Source: Candidatus Sericytochromatia bacterium (lineage in GTDB: Bacteria; Cyanobacteriota; Sericytochromatia; S15B-MN24; UBA4093). Taken from it: a DNA stretch of 30,418 bases. Made by a program: the position numbers and the translations under genes. Shown piece after piece: positions 17,394-26,543 of the stretch (position 1 is its first letter; every line of letters starts with the position of its first letter). The notes beneath the pieces were generated by a model, which saw only the letters and a program-made list of their open reading frames with translations, was not told the DNA's origin and did not search any database. The DNA is taken from NCBI GenBank assembly GCA_036676985.1, contig JAKFBU010000078.1:1-30418 (forward strand), written 5' to 3'.

Positions 17394-18197
17394 ATGCAGC
17401 CGAATCGCATCAGAGTCGCCGTCGCCGGAGCCGCCGGCAAGATGGGCCTGGAGGTCATCCGGACCCTCGCCTTGCAGGACGACATGGACTTCGTCGGGGC
17501 CGTCGACCCCAACCGCGAGGGCGAGGACATCGGGACCCTCGTCTCGGGAGCGCCCCTGCACGTCCCCTGCGTGGCGAGCATCTGCGACCTGCAGGGCGAC
17601 ATGCGCCCGGACGTGCTCGTGGACTTCACGACCCCTGCGGTCGTCAAGGCGAACACCCGCACGGCTCTCGAGATGGGCATCCGGCCCGTCGTCGGCACCA
17701 CGGGCATGACCACCAACGACCTGCAGGAGCTCGACGATCTCGCCCGCTCCAAGGGCCTGGGCGTGCTGGTGGCGCCCAACTTCGCCATCGGGGCCATCCT
17801 CTTGATGAAGTTCGCCCGCGAAGCCTCCAAGCACTTCGCGCACGCCGAGATCCTCGAGCTGCACCACAACCAGAAGGCCGACGCGCCCTCAGGGACGGCC
17901 CTCAAGACGGCCGAGCTCATGCTCGCCGAGCGCGATCGCTTCGGCGTCGGCAACGCGCCCGAGACCGAGAAGCTCGAGGGCGCGCGGGGCGCGGATCTCG
18001 ACGGCATCCGCATCCACAGCGTCCGCCTGCCGGGCCTGGTGGCGCACCAGGAGGTGATCTTCGGCGGGCTGGGGCAGACGCTCACCCTCCGGCACGACTC
18101 GCTGTCGCGCGAGAGCTTCATGCCGGGGGTCATGCTCGCCGTGCGGAAGGTTTGCGAACTCGACGGCCTGGTATATGGTCTGGAGCACCTGTTATAG
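17394..18197 (+). CDS. dapB: 4-hydroxy-tetrahydrodipicolinate reductase
   Basis: GAAGKMG, DFT.P, VVGTTG, APNFAIG, ELHHNQKADAPSGTA. Confidence 0.97.
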   Translation: MQPNRIRVAVAGAAGKMGLEVIRTLALQDDMDFVGAVDPNREGEDIGTLVSGAPLHVPCVASICDLQGDMRPDVLVDFTTPAVVKANTRTALEMGIRPVVGTTGMTTNDLQELDDLARSKGLGVLVAPNFAIGAILLMKFAREASKHFAHAEILELHHNQKADAPSGTALKTAELMLAERDRFGVGNAPETEKLEGARGADLDGIRIHSVRLPGLVAHQEVIFGGLGQTLTLRHDSLSRESFMPGVMLAVRKVCELDGLVYGLEHLL

Positions 18198-18221
18198 GCC
18201 CATGGGGGCCAAGGAGGCATT

Positions 18222-19253
<1,032 letters not shown>

Positions 19254-19261
19254 GAGGCACC

Positions 19262-19687
19262 ATGGAAACCATGCAAACCACTGCTGACCTGCAAGCCGAA
19301 CTGGAGGCGGCCCGCGCCGAGATTCGCCGCCTCACGGACATCACCGAGGCCCTCATGCGCGCCCAGAGCCAGTATGGCCTCGGGGTGGTCATCGTGGACG
19401 GCCAGCAGATCCTCTACGCCAACGAGGCCTTCGTGGAGCTCGCCGGCTATCCGCTCGAGGAGCTGCTCGTGCTGCCCTCGTTCTTCGGCCTCATTCCCGA
19501 GACGGAGCGCGCCCTGCTCGCGGAGCGCATGCGCATGCGCCTGATGGGCGAACAGGTCGACAGCCACTACACCACGGTCTTCAACCATCGGCACGGCCAC
19601 CTCGTCACGGTGGAGGCCGTGGTCCAGGTCGCCTACCTGGATGATCGACCGCACATCGTCGCCATCCTGAAGGACATCACGTCCTGA
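19262..19687 (+). CDS. Stand-alone coiled-coil plus PAS domain protein, 141 aa
   Basis: AGGAGG RBS; ILYANEAFVELAGYPLEEL, H..G....VE, ends just after the PAS-terminal DIT motif. Confidence 0.85.
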   Translation: METMQTTADLQAELEAARAEIRRLTDITEALMRAQSQYGLGVVIVDGQQILYANEAFVELAGYPLEELLVLPSFFGLIPETERALLAERMRMRLMGEQVDSHYTTVFNHRHGHLVTVEAVVQVAYLDDRPHIVAILKDITS

Positions 19688-19806
19688 GCCCGCGCCGGCC
19701 GTCCGACCTCGGACGGCCGGCGGCCTCTAATGGACGCTTGCGGCCGATCATGAGACAATGGCGGGGTGTCGCCACCGGGCGAGGTAGGTTTCGAGGAGTA
19801 CGCGTC

Positions 19807-20706
19807 ATGAAGCAGCTGGGCCGAGTTCTCACCGCCATGGTCACCCCCTTCGACCGCGACGGCAAGGTCGACCTCCCGACGGCCAAGCGCCTGGCGCGCC
19901 ACCTGGTCCAGAACGGCTCGGACGGCCTGGTGATCGTGGGGACCACCGGCGAGTCGCCCACCCTCAGCCATGACGAGAAGCTCGCCATGTTCCGCGCCGC
20001 GGTCGAGGCCGTGGGCAGCGACGGCAGCGTGGTGGCGGGCACCGGCTCCAACGACACGGCCGCGACCATCGCGCTGAGCCGCGAGGCCGAGGCGATCGGC
20101 GTCGACGCGTTGCTGCTCATCGCGCCCTACTACAACAAGCCCAACCAGGAGGGCCTGTTCCGTCACTTCAAGGCGGTGGCCGAGGCGACGCGCCTGCCCA
20201 TCATCCTCTACAACCACCCGCCGCGCACCGGGGTCGCCATCGCCCCCGAGACGCTCGCGCGGCTCGCCGAGATCCCCAACATCGTGGCCCTCAAGGACTC
20301 GTCGGCCTCGCTGGACGTGGCGAGCGAGTTCCGGAAGGTGACGCCCGAGGGCTTCATGCTCTACTCGGGCAACGACAGCCTGACGCTGCCCATGATGAGC
20401 GTCGGCGGCTACGGCGTCATCTCGGTGGCGAGCCACCTGGCCGGGCGCGACCTGCACCGGCTGGTGGACGCGTGCGTCGAGGGCAACTGGACCCTCGCCC
20501 GCGAGCTGCACTACCAGCTGTGGGATCTCTTCAACGGATTGTTCATCGCCCCGTCCCCCGCTCCGGTCAAGGCCGCGCTCGGGATGGTCGGCCTCGAGGT
20601 GGGCGGCGTCCGCCTGCCTTTGGTCGAGTGCACCGATGCCGAGGTGGCGCGGGTGCGGGCGATTCTTGAGGCCCTCGACCTCACTAGAGTAGCCGTGGAG
20701 GCTTAA
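19807..20706 (+). CDS. dapA: 4-hydroxy-tetrahydrodipicolinate synthase
   Basis: TAMVTPF, GTTGESPTL, PYYNKP, LYN.P.RTG, Schiff-base ALKDS. Confidence 0.97.
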   Translation: MKQLGRVLTAMVTPFDRDGKVDLPTAKRLARHLVQNGSDGLVIVGTTGESPTLSHDEKLAMFRAAVEAVGSDGSVVAGTGSNDTAATIALSREAEAIGVDALLLIAPYYNKPNQEGLFRHFKAVAEATRLPIILYNHPPRTGVAIAPETLARLAEIPNIVALKDSSASLDVASEFRKVTPEGFMLYSGNDSLTLPMMSVGGYGVISVASHLAGRDLHRLVDACVEGNWTLARELHYQLWDLFNGLFIAPSPAPVKAALGMVGLEVGGVRLPLVECTDAEVARVRAILEALDLTRVAVEA

Positions 20707-22404
20707 TTGACCCAACCTACCGTCCGCATCCTGCCGCTGGGCGGCCTGGGCGAGATCGGCAAGAACATGTGGGGCGTCGAGACCGACGCCGACCTCTTCA
20801 TCCTCGACTGCGGGTTCGCGTTTCCCTCCGAGGAGATGCACGGCATCGACTACGTGCTCCCCGACTTCTCCTACGTCGTCGCGCACCAAGACCGGCTCCG
20901 GGGGATCTACATCACCCACGGCCATGAGGACCACATCGGCGGCCTGCCCTATCTGCTCAAGCTGCTCGACCCCATTCCCACCGTCTACGCCACGCCCCTG
21001 ACCGCGGGCCTCATCGAGAACAAGCTCAAGGAGCACGCGGCCCTGAGGGGACGGGTCACCGTCGAGGTCGTCAATCCGCGCGATCGCCTGCCCGCCGGTG
21101 AGTGCACCGTCGAGTACGTCCGCGTCAACCACTCGATCCCCGACGCCTGCTCCATCGCGGTCCACACGCCCGCGGGCACGGTCATCTACACCGGCGACTT
21201 CAAGATGGACCAGACGCCGGTGGACGGCCAGTTCTTCGACTTCTACAAGTTCGCCGAGATGGGCGAGCAGGGCGTGCTCGTCCTCTTGAGCGACTCGACC
21301 AACGCCACCCGCGAGGGCTTCACCCCCTCCGAGCGCATGGTCGAGATGGGCCTCGACTCCTCCTTCGCCACGGCCAAGAACCGGGTGATCGTCGCGACCT
21401 TCTCGTCGAGCGTGCACCGGATCCAGTCCATCTGCAAGCTCGCCGAGCGCTACGGCCGCAAGGTGGCGCTCATCGGGCGCTCGCTCCAGAAGATGGCCGA
21501 GCAGGCCAAGAAGCACGGCTTCCTCGAGGTCCCCGAAGGGCTGGTCCTGCCCATCGACAAGATCAACGAGCTGCCCCACGACGAGGTCTGCATCGTCACG
21601 ACGGGCTCGCAGGGCGAGCCCACCTCGGGGCTGAGCCGCATCGCCAACCACGAGCACAAGCACATCAACGTGATCGCGGGCGACACCATCATCCTTTCGG
21701 CCATCCCCATCCCGGGCAACGAGCGGGCCGTCACGCGCATCATCAACAAGCTCTTCGAGCGCGGCGCCTCGGTGGTCTACGAGACCAACCGCTCCAACGC
21801 GCCGGGAGCGGCCAAGCACGTCTCGGGCCACGCGAGCCGCGAGGAGCTGCGGCTCATGCTGGTGCTCACCAAGCCCAAGTACTTCATCCCGATCCACGGC
21901 GAGACCCGCCAGCTCATCAAGCACGGCGAGCTCGCCATGGCCACGGGCGTCCCGGCGGACCACGTCTTCGTGCTCGAGAACGGCGACATCCTGGAGTTCG
22001 CCCCGGACCACGCCAAGGTGGTGGGCACCTTCAAGGCCAGCCCCGTGCTCGTGGACGGCGGGCGCATGACGGACCTGGGGCCCGCGGTCATGCGCGATCG
22101 CCAGAAGCTCGCGACCGAGGGCGTCGTCACGACGGCCGTCACGGTCGACGAGGCGGGCTACCTGGTCGACGGGCCGAGCCTCTTGAGCCAGGGCTTCCTG
22201 TTCGCCAAGGACCTCGAGGCCATGGCCGACGACGCCAAGGACGCGGTGGTGGGCGCCCTCAACGCCGCGCGCGAGGAGGGCCGGGTCGCCGCGGACGAGC
22301 TGCGTCAGGTCATCAGCGAGGCCCTGGGCAAGTTCCTCTACGACCAGACCCGCCGCAAGCCCGTCATCCTGACCATGGTGCAGGTGGCGCGCAACGGCGC
22401 GTAA
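20707..22404 (+). CDS. rnj: Ribonuclease J
   Basis: PLGGLGEIGKNM, THGHEDHIG, TGSQGEP, IPGNE, HVSGHAS, IPIHGE. Confidence 0.97.
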   Translation: MTQPTVRILPLGGLGEIGKNMWGVETDADLFILDCGFAFPSEEMHGIDYVLPDFSYVVAHQDRLRGIYITHGHEDHIGGLPYLLKLLDPIPTVYATPLTAGLIENKLKEHAALRGRVTVEVVNPRDRLPAGECTVEYVRVNHSIPDACSIAVHTPAGTVIYTGDFKMDQTPVDGQFFDFYKFAEMGEQGVLVLLSDSTNATREGFTPSERMVEMGLDSSFATAKNRVIVATFSSSVHRIQSICKLAERYGRKVALIGRSLQKMAEQAKKHGFLEVPEGLVLPIDKINELPHDEVCIVTTGSQGEPTSGLSRIANHEHKHINVIAGDTIILSAIPIPGNERAVTRIINKLFERGASVVYETNRSNAPGAAKHVSGHASREELRLMLVLTKPKYFIPIHGETRQLIKHGELAMATGVPADHVFVLENGDILEFAPDHAKVVGTFKASPVLVDGGRMTDLGPAVMRDRQKLATEGVVTTAVTVDEAGYLVDGPSLLSQGFLFAKDLEAMADDAKDAVVGALNAAREEGRVAADELRQVISEALGKFLYDQTRRKPVILTMVQVARNGA

Positions 22405-22417
22405 CGGCCGCAATCAC

Positions 22418-22447
22418 CGAGGCCCGGGGCGAACGTCCCGGGCCTCT
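22418..22447 (+). terminator. Hairpin after rnj
   Basis: GAGGCCCGGGGCG-aa-CGTCCCGGGCCTC followed by TATGTTT. Confidence 0.65.
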
Positions 22448-22508
22448 ATGTTTGCGGCCGGACGTGGGTATAGAGAGGTAGCAACCCTTCCGCCGGGAGA
22501 TCCGCCCC

Positions 22509-24389
22509 TTGAACGATCCGCTGTCCCACGGCCTGCGCTTCGAGAGCGACTGGTACTTCGCCGCCCCGCCCGAACGGGTGTGGCCGGTGCTGGCCGATAC
22601 CAACCGCCTGAACGAGGTCATCGGCAATCCGCCGGTGCGCTACACCGACGCGCCGGATCCGCGCGGCGGCCTGCGGCGCCAGGGTTGCTACACCTTGAAC
22701 GGCATCCCGCTCAGGTGGGAGGAGCTTCCCTACGAGTGGATCGAGGGCAAGGAGCTCGGCGTCCGGCGTCGCTACCTCGGCGGCCCCAACAAGACCTTCG
22801 CCCTCTATGTATCCTTGACTCCCGAGCATAGCGGCACCCGGGTGCGCCTGCGGCTCGAGTTCGAGCCCCGCCACCCGGCCGTGCGGCCCTTGGTGAAGAT
22901 CGTCGGACGCGGGGTGGCCAGGTCCTTCGAGCGCGCCTTCCAGCGCTTCGCGGACTACTTCGCGGGCAAGGTCGCCGAGCCCTACGCTCCGGCCGCCGTC
23001 AGCGTCACCGAGGTGCAGCGGGCGCGGGTCCGGGCCGTCCAGGACCGTCTGATCAAGCTCGGCGTCTCCTCTTTTGGCCTGGAGGCCCTGGTGGCGCACG
23101 TCCTCACGGGCCCAGACACCGAGCTGTCCAAGATGCGACCCTTCGAGCTCGCCAAGCGCTGGGGCACCGATCGCCGGGAGCTCCTGAAGGTCTTCCTGCA
23201 TGCCACCAAGGCCGGCCTCCTGGAGCTGAAGTGGGACCTGCTCTGTCCCGGGTGCCGTGGGGCCCAGTCGAGCAACGACACGCTCGCGGGCCTTGCAGGC
23301 AAGGCCCACTGCGCGGCATGCAACATCGACACCACGGGTGACTTCGGCCAGTCGGTCGAGCTCAGCTTCCGGCCCAACCCCGCCATCCGCCGCGTCGACG
23401 TGCACGACTACTGAATCAGCTCGCCGTCGCGCACGGAGCACGTGGTGTTCCAATGTCTGCCCACCCCCGGCACGCCCCTCGACGTGGAGCTTGCGCTGCA
23501 GCCCGGCACCTACCGCATGCGGAGCCCGCAGGTGCCCGGCGCCCTCACCATCACCGTCTACGACGACGGTCCCGATGCGGGCGCCCAGCACCAGGTGCGC
23601 GTGGGCCCGCAGGGCTTCGAGCCCGCCTCCCTGGAGCTCGCCTGCACGAACCTGCGCCTGCGCCTCGAGGCCACGGACGCGTTCCAGGTGCTCCTGGAGC
23701 GTATGGCCTGGGCGGACCACATCGTCACGGGCGCCTACGTGAGCACCATGCAGGAGTTCCGGGACCTGTTCTCGTCCGAGGTGCTCTCGGCGGACCTGGA
23801 GCTCGGCATCTCCCGGCTGGCCATCATGTTCACGGACCTCAAGAGCTCGACGGCCATGTACGAGCAGCTGGGCGATTCGTCCGCCTTCCGGCTGGTGCAG
23901 ATCCACTTCCGGATTCTCGCCGAGGCGATCGCCGCGAACCAGGGCGCCATCGTCAAGACGGTGGGCGACGCCGTGATGGCCGCCTTCTACGACACGGCGG
24001 ACTGCGTGCGCGCGGCCTTCGAGATCCAGGCCTCCATCGATCGCTACAACGCCGAGCATCCGGAGGCTCCGGCGCCCATCATCGTCAAGCTGGGCGCGCA
24101 TGTGGGCCCCTGCATCGCCGTGACCCTCAACGAGCGGCTCGACTATTTCGGCACCACCGTCAACATGGCGGCCCGCGTGCAGAACGAGGCCGAGGGCGGG
24201 GACATCGTGCTGTCCGAGGAGGTCCTACTGGATCCGGGCGTGCGGCAGCTGCTCGGTGCGGTGCGGGTGCGATCGCAGGAGCCCTTCGAGGTCCGTCTCA
24301 AGGGCCTGGCGTCTTCCTACGAGCTGACCCGGATCGTGCCCGACCCGACGGGCGACCAGCTGCGCCGCTTCACCGGAAACGTCTCGTAG
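22509..24389 (+). CDS. Class III adenylate cyclase (SRPBCC-like domain, Cys-rich DUF5939-like domain, cyclase domain), 626 aa with one in-frame TGA at codon 302; candidate selenoprotein, alternatively a nonsense allele or split gene
   Basis: ORFs 22509-23414 and 23442-24389 are in the same frame, separated only by TGA 23412-23414. Cyclase motifs are intact: FTDLKSST, VKTVGDAVMA, DYFGTTVNMAAR. CPGC and HCAAC precede the TGA. Confidence 0.8.
23431..23456 (+). promoter_or_regulatory. Candidate bacterial SECIS hairpin
   Basis: GGAGCAC-GUG-GUGUUCC: 7-bp stem with a loop beginning GU, 27 nt downstream of the UGA. Confidence 0.45.
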
Positions 24390-24491
24390 ACGGACTTTCG
24401 AGCCTTCTTTAATGTCGATTTAACAACGATCCCATCTGGACGTCGCGGGCCGGCGGTATCTTCTCCCTAGTTGCAAGACAGGAGGAGTGCC

Positions 24492-25181
24492 TTGAAGTCC
24501 AATCGTCCGTTCCGGTTCGCCCTGACGCTCATGGGGGGCCTCGCGCTCGCCACCGGTTGCGCCGTGGTCCCGCAGGGCATGGTGCCGGAGGACATGACGC
24601 CCCCCATCACCACCAACCCCGGGGCCATCTCTCCGGGCGCCCCGACGAGCGACTGGCGCGTCCAGCCCAAGCCCGCGCCGACCACGGCTCCGGTGGCCAC
24701 CCCGACGCCCGCGCCGGTGCGGACCCCGGCTCCGGTCGCAACGCCCGCCCCGGTCGCGACCCCCACGCCCGTCGGCACGACGGATTCGGCGTCGATGGAG
24801 GAGTACATCCTCCAGCAGACCAACGCGGAGCGCGCCAAGGTCGGCGCCAGAGCGCTCGTCATGGATCCGACCCTGCGATCACTGGCCCAGAGCCGCAGCA
24901 AGGACATGTCGGATCGCAACTACTTCGACCACGTGACGCCCGACGGCAAGAAGGTCTTCGACATGCTCAAGGAGATGGGCTTCGCCTACAGCACGGCGGG
25001 CGAGAACATCGCCATGAACACCTACCCCGTCTCCCAGTCGGCCCAGGCGGCCATGAGCGGCTGGATGAACAGCTCGGGCCACAAGGCGAACATCCTGGCC
25101 ACCAAGTACGGCCGGATCGGCGTCGGGGCCTACCGCAACTCGTCCGGCAAGACCTACTTCACCCAGGTCTTCACCAACTAG
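24492..25181 (+). CDS. CAP/SCP-domain lipoprotein with Pro/Thr/Ala linker
   Basis: AGGAGG RBS and TTG start; lipobox ATG-C; NAERAK.G, DM..RNYFDH, AGENIA, WMNSSGHKANIL, FTQVF. Confidence 0.92.
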   Translation: MKSNRPFRFALTLMGGLALATGCAVVPQGMVPEDMTPPITTNPGAISPGAPTSDWRVQPKPAPTTAPVATPTPAPVRTPAPVATPAPVATPTPVGTTDSASMEEYILQQTNAERAKVGARALVMDPTLRSLAQSRSKDMSDRNYFDHVTPDGKKVFDMLKEMGFAYSTAGENIAMNTYPVSQSAQAAMSGWMNSSGHKANILATKYGRIGVGAYRNSSGKTYFTQVFTN

Positions 25182-25218
25182 GGGCGCGCCCCAAACCTCC
25201 CCCCTCGTGGGGACCCTG

Positions 25219-25240
25219 CCCTCCCCCGCCCGGGGGAGGG
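25219..25240. terminator. GC-rich hairpin between convergent genes (terminator or REP-like)
   Basis: CCCTCCCCC-gccc-GGGGGAGGG. Confidence 0.5.
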
Positions 25241-25246
25241 ATCGTC

Positions 25247-25633
25247 TTAGCTGGGGATCCCGAGGGCCGTGCGGTAGTGGGCGATGAGGCGCTCCGCGTG
25301 CCGGATCAGGGCGAAGGTCTCGACCGGCTTGGCGAGGGCGAAGTCGGCGCCCGCGGCGAAGGCCTCCGTGTGGTGCGCCGAGTCGTTGGTCAGGGCCACG
25401 ATGGGCATCAGCTGGGTCTTGGGCGTGACGCGCAGGCAGCGGATGGCCGCCGGGGCGGACAGGAAGTCCAGGTCCGAGTCGATGACGGCCAGGTCCACGT
25501 GCCGCGTGAGGCAGGCCGAGACCAGCGAGATGCTGCTGTCCGCCTCGAGGATGCGGTATCCGTGGGGCCGCAAGCAAGCCGCCAGGTTGCGGGTGAGCAG
25601 GGCGGACTGTGAACAGACGACGATGAGTGCCAT
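25247..25633 (-). CDS. Atypical single-domain response regulator receiver (paralog 1)
   Basis: REC pattern HGYRILEA, VDLAVID, PIVALT, AGADFALAKP; lacks the acidic pair after beta1. Confidence 0.85.
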   Translation of the reverse strand: MALIVVCSQSALLTRNLAACLRPHGYRILEADSSISLVSACLTRHVDLAVIDSDLDFLSAPAAIRCLRVTPKTQLMPIVALTNDSAHHTEAFAAGADFALAKPVETFALIRHAERLIAHYRTALGIPS

Positions 25634-25788
25634 GGCAGCCTCCGGTGAGGGGGGAACCGGCGTGGTGGGAGGGTTTCAGGCCGGTCGAAGCCCGCTTGGT
25701 TGCTTATACCCAAAAAACTTCACCATAACCTCACAGGTTACGGTGTCGGGGGGCGGGATAGCGCCGCCGCAGCGGCTCAAGAGCTATG

Positions 25789-26169
25789 CTAGGAAACCGT
25801 TTGGGCGACCGGCGGCTGCGTCAGCTTGAGGATCAGCTTGAGGAAGGTCGGCATCTCGACCGGCTTGGCGAGGCCATGGTCGGCGCCCGCCTGGATGGCG
25901 TCGTGCAGCTGGTTGACGCTGTTGCCCAGGGAGATGATGGGCAGCTCGCGGGTGCGCTGGGTCCAGCGCAGGCAGGCGATGGCAGCCGGGGCGGCCAGGA
26001 ACTCCAGCTCCGCGTCGATGACGACCACGCTGACGGATCGCGTCATGCAGGCCGACACCAGGCCGATGCTGCTGTCGGTCTCGAGGATCTCGTGGCCGAA
26101 GCGCCGGAGGCTGGTGGCCAGGTTGCGGCGCAGCATGGACGACGAGGAGCAAAGAGCGATCACGGCCAT
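25789..26169 (-). CDS. Atypical single-domain response regulator receiver (paralog 2)
   Basis: Colinear with paralog 1: GHEILET, VVVID, PIISLG, AGADHGLAKP; GGAGG RBS. Confidence 0.85.
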   Translation of the reverse strand: MAVIALCSSSSMLRRNLATSLRRFGHEILETDSSIGLVSACMTRSVSVVVIDAELEFLAAPAAIACLRWTQRTRELPIISLGNSVNQLHDAIQAGADHGLAKPVEMPTFLKLILKLTQPPVAQTVS

Positions 26170-26240
26170 GGAGGTGCCTCCCGGACTCTAGCTTGCATGC
26201 GTCTTATACCCGGCGGTTTCGGCGTTAGATTGCGAAAAGA

Positions 26241-26543
26241 TTACGGCTGAGCGCCCGCGCGGGCGGTGCCCTTGGCGAGGAACCGCAGGCCCCGTTCTGT
26301 CACGCGCAGCGTCTGGGGACCGAGCGCGGGGCTGCTCTGGCAGGCGACCGGACAGCCCTTGCAGGCCCCGGAAGCGCACGACGCGTCCGACGCGTCCATG
26401 GCATCGGCCTGGACGTATCCCAGGCGCACGAGGTGCGACAAAAGATCCTCGTAGGACTCGCGCGCCAGGCCGAGCCGCGAGCGGACCTCGAGGCCCGAGG
26501 CCGACGGCGATGCCTGCAGCTCGGCCAGGAGCTCGCGCAGCAT
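26241..26543 (-). CDS. feoC: FeoC-like winged-helix protein with a Cys cluster, 100 aa
   Basis: ATG overlaps the feoB stop (TGATG); LSHLVRLGYV wHTH pattern; CASGACKGCPVAC. Confidence 0.8.
   Translation of the reverse strand: MLRELLAELQASPSASGLEVRSRLGLARESYEDLLSHLVRLGYVQADAMDASDASCASGACKGCPVACQSSPALGPQTLRVTERGLRFLAKGTARAGAQP

Noticed and set aside
23412-23414. Genome-wide TGA reassignment (code 4 or 25) as the explanation for the cyclase stop
   Set aside because: TGA is the evident true stop of several genes here (STAS, DUF1385, M16 peptidase with ATGA overlap, feoB), so the read-through would have to be site-specific.
24409-24424. CtrA box (TTAA-N7-TTAAC)
   Set aside because: The sequence fits, but CtrA is alphaproteobacterial and the gene content here is not; kept only as a generic OmpR-type repeat.
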